This document shows, in pieces, positions 38,798 through 47,643 of a DNA stretch of 64,000 bases; within the stretch, counting starts at the first letter, position 1, and the number at the start of each line of letters is the position of its first letter. Location: positions 34,968-98,967 of the forward strand of contig JAEUMK010000014.1 in NCBI GenBank assembly GCA_016792565.1, read 5' to 3'. The DNA comes from Alphaproteobacteria bacterium (GTDB lineage: Bacteria > Pseudomonadota > Alphaproteobacteria > Micropepsales > Micropepsaceae). The translations under genes were made by a program, and so were the position numbers. The notes below the pieces were generated by a model. It did not search any database. It had not been told where the DNA came from and saw nothing but the letters and a program-made list of their open reading frames with translations.

Positions 38798-39667
38798 TCA
38801 CGCTGTCAGCGTGCACTTGCCGTTGTTGATGACGACGACTTCGCGCTCCTTGATGCGGGCGCGGAACGAGACGACATTGCCGTCCTTCCACACATCCACC
38901 AGGACCGTCTCGCCGGGATAGGCGGGGGACGAGAACCGCACGTCGTAGCCGGCGATCGCCTCGGACTTGTATTCCAGCACGTTGGTGATGATCGCCCGGC
39001 AGGTCGTGCCGTAGGTGCACAGCCCGTGGATGATCGGCTTCTGGAAGCCGGCCATCTTGGCGATCTTCGGGTCGCGGTGCAGCGGATTGCGGTCTCCCGA
39101 AAGCGCATAGATGAAGGCCTGGTCAGCCTCGATCGTCGTCTCGAACGTGCCGTCCGGCTTGCGCTCGGGAATGGGGTGCGGCTCGGGCGCGCCGGTCGAT
39201 GGCCCCCCGAAACCGCCGTCGCCGCGCGCGAAGGTCGAGGACACCAGCGTCGCCAGCGGCTCGTTGGTGCCCTTGATGCGGATCTTCTTCTCGGTGACGA
39301 TGACGGCGCCCTTGCCCGCGCCCTTGTCGAACGCGCCGATCACCCGCTCATCCGAGACGATCGAGGCGGCCGAGGGCAGCGGCCGATGCAGCTGCACGCG
39401 CTGCTCGCCATGGACCACCATCAGATAGTTGATTCCGCTGTCGCGCATCGCGCCGCCACCCCATTGCAGCACGGTCGCCATGGTCGGCACGGTCTTGAGA
39501 TAGGCCGGATCGTTGACGCCTTCATAGACAAACGGCAGTTCGGCCTCGTTCATCGGATCGCGCCCGAAGCCGATGCCGAGCGCGTACAGCATCGTCTCGC
39601 GATCTCCGTAGGACGACTCTATCCCCTCGGACTTCAACGACATGATATGGTCGTAACTGATGGCCAT
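38798..39667 (-). CDS. MaoC-family (R)-specific enoyl-CoA hydratase 2
   Basis: Start MAISYD; YALGIG, VHGEQ, hydratase-2 motif YALSGDRNPLH, IIHGLCTYG. Confidence 0.92.
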   Translation of the reverse strand: MAISYDHIMSLKSEGIESSYGDRETMLYALGIGFGRDPMNEAELPFVYEGVNDPAYLKTVPTMATVLQWGGGAMRDSGINYLMVVHGEQRVQLHRPLPSAASIVSDERVIGAFDKGAGKGAVIVTEKKIRIKGTNEPLATLVSSTFARGDGGFGGPSTGAPEPHPIPERKPDGTFETTIEADQAFIYALSGDRNPLHRDPKIAKMAGFQKPIIHGLCTYGTTCRAIITNVLEYKSEAIAGYDVRFSSPAYPGETVLVDVWKDGNVVSFRARIKEREVVVINNGKCTLTA

Positions 39668-39741
39668 GGCGTTTCTCCCGCTTGTTCTGGCGGGCGACTT
39701 TGTCGTTGGCAGGGGGCGAAAGGCAAGAGCTTGGGGCTGAC

Positions 39742-40257
39742 GTGACGACACTGACCACGCCGCGCCTCGTGCTGCGCCGCGCCCGCGCGGACGATCTCGC
39801 CGCCATGCATGCCGTCCTCTCCGAGCCGCGTGCCATGGCTCATTGGTCCACATTGCCGCACCGAACGCTGGACGAAACTCGCGCTTGGCTCGCCGCCATG
39901 ATCGATTCCCCCAAGGAGGTCAGCGACGACTACGTCGTCGAGATCGATGGGCGCGTCGTCGGCAAGGCCGGATTCTGGCGCCTGCCGGAAATCGGCTATA
40001 TCCTGCACCCGGACGTCTGGGGCCTGGGCGTCGCGACCGAGGCACTGACCGCGGTGCTCGATCACGTCTTCGCCGCACGGTGTCTCGACGCCGCGATCGC
40101 CGACGTCGATCCCGCCAATTCCGCATCGATCCGTGTCCTCCAGAAGCTCGGCTTCCGCGAGACTCGACGGGCTGCGAACACATGGTTCATCGGCGGACGC
40201 TGGTTCGACAGCGTCTACTTCACGCTGCAGCGGGGCGACTGGCTTCAGCGCCGCTGA
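39742..40257 (+). CDS. GNAT acetyltransferase, RimJ/RimL family
   Basis: GTG start; LTTPRLVLR, EIGYIL...WGLGVATEA, NSASIRVLQKLGF. Confidence 0.88.
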   Translation: MTTLTTPRLVLRRARADDLAAMHAVLSEPRAMAHWSTLPHRTLDETRAWLAAMIDSPKEVSDDYVVEIDGRVVGKAGFWRLPEIGYILHPDVWGLGVATEALTAVLDHVFAARCLDAAIADVDPANSASIRVLQKLGFRETRRAANTWFIGGRWFDSVYFTLQRGDWLQRR

Positions 40258-40372
40258 AGCCTCGCTCAACTGGCGGCAGGCGCAGTAGGCGTCTAGTCTG
40301 CGCCGCGCTCTCTACGGGACGGACCTGTCCCGCCGCAGCCATGGCATAACCGCCCGCTTCAAAGGTGTCTCG

Positions 40373-40999
40373 ATGCCCCCCTACAAGCTGCTGGCCGCCA
40401 AGGGCGGCGGCTCGATGATCGTGGAGGGCGCCTTCGCGCTCGCCGGACTGCCGCTCGACGTCGAGTATTTCACCTGGACCGATCTCGGCCTGGAGCACGA
40501 GGAGATCAAGGCGGTCAATCCGTTGATGCAGGTGCCCAGCCTCGTCTGCCCGGACGGCCGCATCATGACCGAGAGCGCCGCCATCCTCATGCACCTCGAC
40601 GACATCGCGCCCGAGGCCGGCCTCTTCCCCGGCCGCGACCACCCCAGGCGGCGCGAGTTCCTGCGCTTCCTGATGCTTCTCAACACGGCGATCTACCCCT
40701 CCTTCACCTATGGCGACTCGCCGGCGAAGTGGCTGAAGGGCGATGAGCATGCGGGCAGAGTGCTGCGCGAAACGACCGACGACCACCGCAAGGCGCTGTG
40801 GCGCTATGCCGAGAGCTGGGCGGGCGCGCCATGGTTCCTCGGCGATACCTTCTCGGCGATCGACCTCTATCTCTGGCCGATGACCTGGTGGCGCCCGGGT
40901 CGCGACTGGTTCAAGGCCGAAGCGCCCCGGCTCCACGCCATCGCCCTCAAGGTCGAGACGCTGCCCGCCATCGCGTCGGTCCACGCGCGTCAGGACTGA
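40373..40999 (+). CDS. Glutathione S-transferase family
   Basis: VNPLMQVPSL, MTESAAI, FSAIDLY. Confidence 0.9.
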   Translation: MPPYKLLAAKGGGSMIVEGAFALAGLPLDVEYFTWTDLGLEHEEIKAVNPLMQVPSLVCPDGRIMTESAAILMHLDDIAPEAGLFPGRDHPRRREFLRFLMLLNTAIYPSFTYGDSPAKWLKGDEHAGRVLRETTDDHRKALWRYAESWAGAPWFLGDTFSAIDLYLWPMTWWRPGRDWFKAEAPRLHAIALKVETLPAIASVHARQD

Positions 41000-41053
41000 C
41001 GCCGCCGCTTCTGCATGCTAGGCGGGGGGCAGGGGACCAGCGGAGACTCTCGT

Positions 41054-42163
41054 GTGACGGCAGCACGCCAGACCAGGACCGTTCGCGCCATCGACGGCCT
41101 GAAGGGCGTCGGGGCGCTCGGCATCGTCGTCTTCCACATGTCGGCGGCGCTCGCCTATTCGCCGGAATTCGGCTTCACGGCGGGTTGGTTCGGCAAGTAC
41201 TTCCTGCTGCTTGACCTCTTCTTCGTCCTTTCCGGCTATGGCGTCGCGCTGGGCTACGCCGATACGTTCCGCGAACGGGTCACGGCGCGCGACTATGGCC
41301 GCTTCCTGTGGGGCCGCTTCGTCAGGCTCTATCCGCTCTATCTCTTCGTGCTGTTGGTCCTCGGCGCGCAGGAAATCGTCCACCTCGCCGCCATGACTGC
41401 GGGCTGGTACGACCCCGGTCATATTCCCTTCCAGAAGCCGACCGCCAACTGGTGGAACTATCTCACTTCGCTGGCGATGGTGCAGTCCTGGGGTTTTCAC
41501 AACAAGCTCGTGTGGAACATTCCCGCCTGGTACGTCTCGGCGCTGATCTGCGCCTATTTCGTCTTTCCTTTCCTGGCCTGGACGGCAGCACGTCTACCCG
41601 TGCGATATCGCGCTGCTGCCGTGATCGCGGTGGCCGGATGTGCGACAGTGGCGCTTCACATCGCCTTTCAGGCCCGCCTGTTCCCCGGCCCCAACGACAT
41701 GTCGCCGCTACGGGCCGTTGTGGAATTCGGCCTCGGCTACGGCATCGCCCTGCTTAAGCCCGGACCCGCATGGCGACGGTGGCTCCAGCTGCCGCTTGTC
41801 GTCGTCGTATTCTGGGGCCTGCATCACGGCTGGCGCGATTGGCAGATTCTCATCGCCATGACGGCGCTGCTCTGGGCGCTGCTGGACGATGTCGGTGTTG
41901 CCGCCGCGTTTCTGGGCTCGCGTGCAATGGTGTGGCTGGGATCCATCTCCTACGGCATCTTCCTCGTCCATCAGCCGATCCTCAGCTGGTTCGACGCACT
42001 CGGACGCTCGCCCCTTGCGCCGCATCTGTGGATCCTGTGGAGCCAGCACTTCAGCTGGAACATCGCCCTGCGCTTTGTGGTGATCGTGGTGGCCGGCTGG
42101 GCGGCGCACCGCTACGTCGCGACACCGGCGCAGCGTTGGCTGCAGGGCACCGCTGGGCGCTAG
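41054..42163 (+). CDS. Acyltransferase-3 (OafA-like) membrane O-acyltransferase
   Basis: IDGLKG, VFHM, DLFFVLSGY, RLYPLY, WNIPAWYVSA, LGSISYGIFLVH. Confidence 0.88.
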   Translation: MTAARQTRTVRAIDGLKGVGALGIVVFHMSAALAYSPEFGFTAGWFGKYFLLLDLFFVLSGYGVALGYADTFRERVTARDYGRFLWGRFVRLYPLYLFVLLVLGAQEIVHLAAMTAGWYDPGHIPFQKPTANWWNYLTSLAMVQSWGFHNKLVWNIPAWYVSALICAYFVFPFLAWTAARLPVRYRAAAVIAVAGCATVALHIAFQARLFPGPNDMSPLRAVVEFGLGYGIALLKPGPAWRRWLQLPLVVVVFWGLHHGWRDWQILIAMTALLWALLDDVGVAAAFLGSRAMVWLGSISYGIFLVHQPILSWFDALGRSPLAPHLWILWSQHFSWNIALRFVVIVVAGWAAHRYVATPAQRWLQGTAGR

Positions 42164-43971
42164 GCAGCGGCCTGCAACGCCTTGGGCAGGCCGTTCGCGT
42201 CGATCGCCTCGGCGACGGCGCGATAGCCGGCCTCGACCGCCGCATCGAACTTCTTCCAGTGCGTCAGCCCGATTCCCTTCAGGGCCGGGTCGATCACGAT
42301 GTCGGCCTGCGCACGCGCCTGGCGGCGCTGCAGTTCGTTGCCGACCGTCCCCGACCGCATGAGGATGGCGGCCATCGAGGGGGCGCCGCTGCGCCGGCGC
42401 TTCCAGGCGGCGAACCAGTTCTCGTCGCCATAGGCTTCGTCGGCGTAGCCGATGCCGGCTTCGCCCACCACGTCGATCGCAACGATGGGTCCCCGCCCGT
42501 CTGCGGCCATCAGATCGACCGGCAGGTTATTCATGATTCCGCCATCGACATGCAGATGTCCGTCCATCACCACCGGCGGCAACAGGCCGGGGATCGAGAC
42601 GCTCGCCTTGAGCGCCCGCCACAGGAGGCCGGCGTGATGCGCCGCCGCATGGCCGCTCGTCAGGTCTGACGTTACGCAGAAGAACGGCAGGCGCATGTCC
42701 TCGATGCGCGTGTCGCCGAAATGGCCGCGCAACTGATCGGCGACCTTGCCGCCGCGCAGCAGGGCGAAGAAGGGTATCGTATAGTCGTTCAGCGGCCGGT
42801 CGCGCAGGAAGGTGCGCCGCATCCGCTCTTCGAGTTCGCCGTCGTTCCAATCCATCGCGACGCCGGCCGCGACGATCGCGCCGATCGAGGTGCCGGCCGC
42901 CCGATCGAAGACGAGGCCGGCTTCACGCAGCGCCCGGATCGCGCCGATGTGGGCATAGCCGCGCGCCCCGCCCCCGGCGAGAACGAGGCCGACCGCCCGA
43001 CCGGTCATCAGCCGCGCCAGCCGCGCCACGTCGCCCTTCTCGGAGCTACGGATATTGTGCCGGCCCAGGGGCGCGCCATGCGGCGTCAGCCGGTCGTTGG
43101 CCGCGCCCTGCAGCACGATCAGCTCGTAGCGCCGCCCCGCCGCGGCGGCCTTCTGGAACATGGCGCTTTCGGCCTCGGCGCCGGCGCGTGTCAGCAGCAT
43201 CACGCGATCGGCCTGGCGAATGCAGTGCTGCGACCACACGGATCCCGCCGCATCGCCGACATAGACGACGACGTCGCTGCTCTGTTCGGCATTGGCGCGC
43301 GTCTCCGACGGCTCTTCGCGATGGCTCGGATCGAAGACGGCACATCCCAGACCCATCGCCGCCAGCGCCTCGGTCAGGCCGCGCGCGAAGCCGACCGCGT
43401 CTGCACCCGCCTCCAGCGGAATCAGTGCAAAGGTCTTGGGCCGCATCAGCGCGGCGGTGCGGGCGGTGGTCGCGCGCAGGCGGCGGATGATGAGACGGGT
43501 CAGGGTCGTCATCACGCGCGGCTCGCGCGCCGTGATGCGCTGGAAGGCGCCCTTGGTCAGCCGCAGCAGCTCCGTGTCGCGCACCGCGGCCAGCCGCGCG
43601 CTGTGGGAATCGCCGGCGATCAGCGACATCTCGCCGACCGTTTCGCCGGCCGGGACATGCGCGACGATGTGTTCCACGCCATTGTCGTCGGCGACATGAA
43701 CGGCGAGCCGTCCGCTCACCACCAGGAAGATCGCCTCGTCGTTCTCGCCGGCGCGGTCGAGATCGACGCCGCCGGGCAGGCCGAACCATGTTGCTTCCGC
43801 GGCGATGCGCAGAACGCAGGCGTCGTCGCATTCCTCGAACAGCGCGAACTTCCGGATGCGGTCGTAGAGGCCGCTCTCGCGCACGAGGTCCTCGTCGGAT
43901 GCTGGCGCAGCGAAGGCGCGACCGATCTGGGCGATCGCCTGGGCGACCGAATTGCGGGCGGCGGCGATCAC
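42160..43971 (-). CDS. Patatin-like phospholipase with N-terminal cNMP-binding domain (NTE/RssA-like)
   Basis: GTG overlapping the SDR stop; cNMP domain (VVSGRL...GEMSLI), GGGARG, GTSIG, DGG. Confidence 0.88.
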   Translation of the reverse strand: MIAAARNSVAQAIAQIGRAFAAPASDEDLVRESGLYDRIRKFALFEECDDACVLRIAAEATWFGLPGGVDLDRAGENDEAIFLVVSGRLAVHVADDNGVEHIVAHVPAGETVGEMSLIAGDSHSARLAAVRDTELLRLTKGAFQRITAREPRVMTTLTRLIIRRLRATTARTAALMRPKTFALIPLEAGADAVGFARGLTEALAAMGLGCAVFDPSHREEPSETRANAEQSSDVVVYVGDAAGSVWSQHCIRQADRVMLLTRAGAEAESAMFQKAAAAGRRYELIVLQGAANDRLTPHGAPLGRHNIRSSEKGDVARLARLMTGRAVGLVLAGGGARGYAHIGAIRALREAGLVFDRAAGTSIGAIVAAGVAMDWNDGELEERMRRTFLRDRPLNDYTIPFFALLRGGKVADQLRGHFGDTRIEDMRLPFFCVTSDLTSGHAAAHHAGLLWRALKASVSIPGLLPPVVMDGHLHVDGGIMNNLPVDLMAADGRGPIVAIDVVGEAGIGYADEAYGDENWFAAWKRRRSGAPSMAAILMRSGTVGNELQRRQARAQADIVIDPALKGIGLTHWKKFDAAVEAGYRAVAEAIDANGLPKALQAAA

Positions 43972-44768
43972 CACGAGCGCCAGCCTCCGTCGACGCCGAG
44001 ATCGATGCCGGTGACGAACGAAGCGTTGTCGCCCGCCAGGAAGACGACGGCCCCGGCGATCTCGTCCGGCTGGCCGATACGCCCCAGCATGGTTTTCTCG
44101 GCCAGCCGATCGGCGAAGGCCGGCTTCGCCGCGGCGATCGAGGGATTGGGGAAAGGGCCGGGCGAGACCGAATTGACCCGGATGCGCTTCGGCCCCCAAT
44201 GCGCCGCCATGTGGCGGGTGAGCTGAACGAGACCCGCCTTGGCGGGGCCATAGGCCGGCGGCGAGTTGAGGCCGCTCTCGCCGTAGATGCGCGGATCGGG
44301 CGAGACGTGCGCATACATCGTGGCGATGTTGATGATGCTGGCGTGACCCGTCGCCGCCACGGCGGCGTCCAACGCCGGCTCGGCCGCCCGCATCGCCTCG
44401 AAGGCGGCGGTGACGGTCGAGCGATAGGCGATGTCGAAGTCCTCGCCCGTCTGGCTCTCGACCTTGCCGGGCTTCACGGTGACGGCATTGTTGACCAGCA
44501 CGTCGAGCCGTTTGAGTCCGCCGAAGAAGACGCGGACGGCGGCGAAATCCATCATGTCGAAGCAGGCGGTCGAGACAGTATAGCCTTCTTCGGCCATCGT
44601 CTCGCGGAAGGCGTCCAGCCGCGCGGCGTCGCGGCCGTTGACGATGACATGCGCTCCTTCGGCGGCGAGGGCGCGCACCATCGCGGCGCCCAGATGCCCC
44701 GCGCCGCCGGATACGAACGCCATGCGTCCGTCGAGCCGGAAACTGCGCGCGGGACGGCCCTCGCTCAT
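43968..44768 (-). CDS. SDR oxidoreductase (type often found in nonulosonic-acid clusters)
   Basis: GGAGHLG, LVNNA, YxxxK in AYGPAKAG, SPGPF, VDGG. Confidence 0.88.
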   Translation of the reverse strand: MSEGRPARSFRLDGRMAFVSGGAGHLGAAMVRALAAEGAHVIVNGRDAARLDAFRETMAEEGYTVSTACFDMMDFAAVRVFFGGLKRLDVLVNNAVTVKPGKVESQTGEDFDIAYRSTVTAAFEAMRAAEPALDAAVAATGHASIINIATMYAHVSPDPRIYGESGLNSPPAYGPAKAGLVQLTRHMAAHWGPKRIRVNSVSPGPFPNPSIAAAKPAFADRLAEKTMLGRIGQPDEIAGAVVFLAGDNASFVTGIDLGVDGGWRSW

Positions 44769-45703
44769 TCGGTGCGTCGCGGCGGCCAGAGGGCGGGGTT
44801 CAGCAGCGCCGCCGGGAAGCGGGGCAGGCGCGGTTCGATGTCGGCGATCTCATCCGCCGTCATCGCCTCGCCGCCGAACAGCGCCAGATTGCGGTCGAGC
44901 TGCTCCTCGGTCTCCATGCCGATGACCAGGCCGTCGATCCAGTCCTGGCCGCGCACATAGGCGAGGCAGAGATCGGCGATCGAGACGCGGCCATAGAGCT
45001 GCGCCAGCGTGTCGAGCATGTAGAGCGTGCCCTCGGCGTCGACCCCGTGGACCCTCGGCCACAGCATGGAATCGTCGCCGGCGAGGATGCCCTGAAGATA
45101 GATCGAGCGGGCATGCACCGTCACGTCCGCGCGTGACCGCATCGCCGCCGGCACGCCGGCTTCCCGCCAGCGCTGGTCGATCAGATTGAAGGGCAGTTGA
45201 ATGTGTGTGACGGCCCTGAGGCTCAGCGCCTCGAAGGCTTCTTCGGGCGTCTGCACCGAAACGCCCAAGCGTCCGATGACCCCGGCTTTCTGCAAGCGTA
45301 CCAGACGCCGCCATACCGCGCCGCCATGCGATGAGAGATGCTGTGCGCGGTGCAGCAGCAGCGTGTCGAGCCGGGCGCGCTTCAGATTGACGAGGCTGGC
45401 GTTGACGCTTTCCTCGACCGCGCACTCCGCTTCCGCCTCCGAGGCGTCCTCGGGCAGCGCGTTCAGCGGGTCGAGCTTGGTGATTGTGTCGGGCTGGTCG
45501 GCACCGTCGAACGCCGCGCCGATGCGCGCTTCCGCCGCGCCATAGGCCCGCGCTGTGTCGAACGCCGCGATGCCGGCGAGGCGGGCGCGCCGCAGCAGGC
45601 GGATCGCGCGTTCGGTCGAGGGCAATCCCGTGCGGTTCGCGGCACCGTAGGGCGCGCCGATCTGCACGGTACCGAGAACCAGTCTGGACACATCGTTTCT
45701 CAT
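44765..45703 (-). CDS. Aldo/keto reductase
   Basis: LVLGTVQIGAPYG, FDTARAYG, LLLH, GVSV, QLPFNLID, ARSIYLQG. Confidence 0.9.
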   Translation of the reverse strand: MRNDVSRLVLGTVQIGAPYGAANRTGLPSTERAIRLLRRARLAGIAAFDTARAYGAAEARIGAAFDGADQPDTITKLDPLNALPEDASEAEAECAVEESVNASLVNLKRARLDTLLLHRAQHLSSHGGAVWRRLVRLQKAGVIGRLGVSVQTPEEAFEALSLRAVTHIQLPFNLIDQRWREAGVPAAMRSRADVTVHARSIYLQGILAGDDSMLWPRVHGVDAEGTLYMLDTLAQLYGRVSIADLCLAYVRGQDWIDGLVIGMETEEQLDRNLALFGGEAMTADEIADIEPRLPRFPAALLNPALWPPRRTE

Positions 45704-45776
45704 GGGCGCCAGCATACGCAGATCCGTTTGCGGCCCGGTTAATTGCTATGCGGAAAAAGGGTTTAGGAAGGCTGAA

Positions 45777-45796
45777 GCGTCGCTGCGCAGCGACGC
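45777..45796. repeat. Perfect 20-bp palindrome in an intergenic gap
   Basis: GCGTCGCTGCGCAGCGACGC equals its own reverse complement; CTTCAT-G-ATGAAG follows. Confidence 0.6.
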
Positions 45797-45823
45797 AAAG
45801 TCTTCATGATGAAGGCCGGAACC

Positions 45824-46324
45824 TTAAGACGAGGACACCGACTTCCCGGTCACCTTCCACACTGATGCGGCCTGGAAGATCGGTTCGCCGGCTACCGTGA
45901 AATCGCCGCGCGTAAAGATCATCGAGCGCGTCGCCCGGGTGACGATGGGCGTCACCTCGAGCAGATCGCCGACCCGCGCGGCGCGCAGGAAGGTGGAGCT
46001 CTGGCTAACCGTCACGCACCACGCACCGGGCGCGCAGGCGCCCCAAGCGGCGAGTCCAAGGACCGAGTCGGCGAAGGTCATCAGCAGTCCGCCATGGACG
46101 ACGCCGAGGCCGTTATCGTGGCGCGCATCGAGAGGCAGGGCATAGCTCGTCGTGCCGTCGGCGTTCGACCGCTTGAAGCTCTGGAAGACGAAGGCCTCGA
46201 ACGGATCGACCAGCCCCGTGGCGCCGTCATAGCCGGCCGGCATCGCGACGTCCGTGACCGCCGGGCGCTGCACCCTCATCCCGTTGAACGTCTCGGGCAG
46301 TTCGTCCAGCCAGTTCCCGCTCAT
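45824..46324 (-). CDS. PaaI-family thioesterase
   Basis: HDNGLGVVHGGLLMTFAD, TRATRSMIFTRG; ATGA-coupled to the upstream paralog. Confidence 0.88.
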   Translation of the reverse strand: MSGNWLDELPETFNGMRVQRPAVTDVAMPAGYDGATGLVDPFEAFVFQSFKRSNADGTTSYALPLDARHDNGLGVVHGGLLMTFADSVLGLAAWGACAPGAWCVTVSQSSTFLRAARVGDLLEVTPIVTRATRSMIFTRGDFTVAGEPIFQAASVWKVTGKSVSSS

Positions 46325-46743
46325 GCGCCGATGATCTTCCAGATGCCGCTCGCCGTCATCAGCAGGCGTCCGCCCTGGACGAGTTCGCCCGCCACGAAGA
46401 TCAGCGACCGTGTCTTTCGCGTGACCTCGGCCGTTCCGAGCACAGGCCCATCCGCCGTCCCGCCCGCCAGGAAGTCGGTGTTCAGCGTGACGGTCGAGGC
46501 GAACCGGTCCCCGGCCGCTTCGTTCGCGGTGATGCCGAGCACATTGTCGGCCAGGGTCATCAGGAAGCCGCCATGCAGCGCGCCGCCGCCGTTGAGGTGC
46601 TGCGGGCCGGGCACGAAGGCGAAGCGCGCGGCTTCCCCCGCAGCCTTGCCGGGATGGCGCAGCATCGTGCCGACATAGGCGTTGAAGCCCGCCATGGCGG
46701 ACATCGGGGTATAGGCGGACAGATCGATCGGAGAAGATGTCAT
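46321..46743 (-). CDS. PaaI-family thioesterase
   Basis: HLNGGGALHGGFLMTLAD, RKTRSLIFVAG. Confidence 0.9.
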   Translation of the reverse strand: MTSSPIDLSAYTPMSAMAGFNAYVGTMLRHPGKAAGEAARFAFVPGPQHLNGGGALHGGFLMTLADNVLGITANEAAGDRFASTVTLNTDFLAGGTADGPVLGTAEVTRKTRSLIFVAGELVQGGRLLMTASGIWKIIGA

Positions 46744-46787
46744 GACCGCGACTGTCTAGCGAAGCCGCGGGGCTGCGCCAAGCCGCC

Positions 46788-47486
46788 TCACTCCCAGGGC
46801 AGCGGCCCGTAGCGATCGTCGACCGGATTGCGGTAGGAGCGGTCTTCATTGCGGTCGTTGTTGCCGATGGCGTCTGCATCGTCCTGCGCAGTCGGGGGCG
46901 GGTTCAGCTTGGCGATCGCCGCCAGCGTCTCGGCGTCCGGCGCCTGCAGGCTCGCCGCGACACCGGGTCCCTCGCCGCGCCTCAGCATCAGCCCGTCGCA
47001 GGCCGGTTCCAGCAGGCGCCGCTCGGGCGACAGGCGGCTACAGGTCGTCCAGGTCGACCCGGGGCCGCCGGCCGTCTCGCGCTCCGCCCGTTCGTTGCGC
47101 CGCACGAACTCCTCCAGTGCCCTGGGATCGACCGGGCCGAACCCGCCCGCCGGTGGCGCATCGGGCGAGGCGGCGATGTCGGACTCCTCGTCCAGCTTGC
47201 GCACCGGCGGGGGCAGGGCGTTACTCGGCCGGTCGGTGGCGACGTCGGCGTCCGGCCTGGGCGCGGCGGTCGGCGCATAAGGCAGCACGACGACCTGGAC
47301 CGGCGGCCGGTCGTCCTGGACCGCCCGATCCGAGAGGCTCAGCGGCTTGGGTTCGGGCGCCGCGAGAATCCAGGCGATCACGAGCCCATGGACGAGCACC
47401 GATGCCGCCGCCCATAGGGGGAAATGCGGCCGCGCATTCTCGCGCGGCTCGGCGGCGGCCCATTGCTCGTACGCGAGTGCGGTCAC
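46788..47486 (-). CDS. Hypothetical membrane-anchored Pro/Asp-rich protein with a TonB-like anchor
   Basis: AGGA RBS, GTG 47486; one TM helix containing SVLVH (SxxxH), then a Pro-rich linker and a two-Cys C-terminal region. Confidence 0.65.
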   Translation of the reverse strand: MTALAYEQWAAAEPRENARPHFPLWAAASVLVHGLVIAWILAAPEPKPLSLSDRAVQDDRPPVQVVVLPYAPTAAPRPDADVATDRPSNALPPPVRKLDEESDIAASPDAPPAGGFGPVDPRALEEFVRRNERAERETAGGPGSTWTTCSRLSPERRLLEPACDGLMLRRGEGPGVAASLQAPDAETLAAIAKLNPPPTAQDDADAIGNNDRNEDRSYRNPVDDRYGPLPWE

Positions 47487-47585
47487 GGCGTCCTGATGAT
47501 CGCGCAATATGACGGCACTAAGGCCGGTTTGCGGCCCGTCCGGTCAAGGCGGAATTGGTCGCATTACAGATTTGTGTGGATAGAC

Positions 47586-47637
47586 CGGTGCATAACCGAA
47601 TCGCACCGTTGACGCTCCGCAAATCCAGGCGCAGCCT
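47586..47637 (+). promoter_or_regulatory. Candidate sigma70 promoter with an upstream inverted repeat
   Basis: TTGACG (47609-14), 17 nt, CAGCCT (47632-37); CGGTGC-N11-GCACCG (47586-47608) abuts the -35. Confidence 0.55.
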
Positions 47638-47643
47638 TGCACT

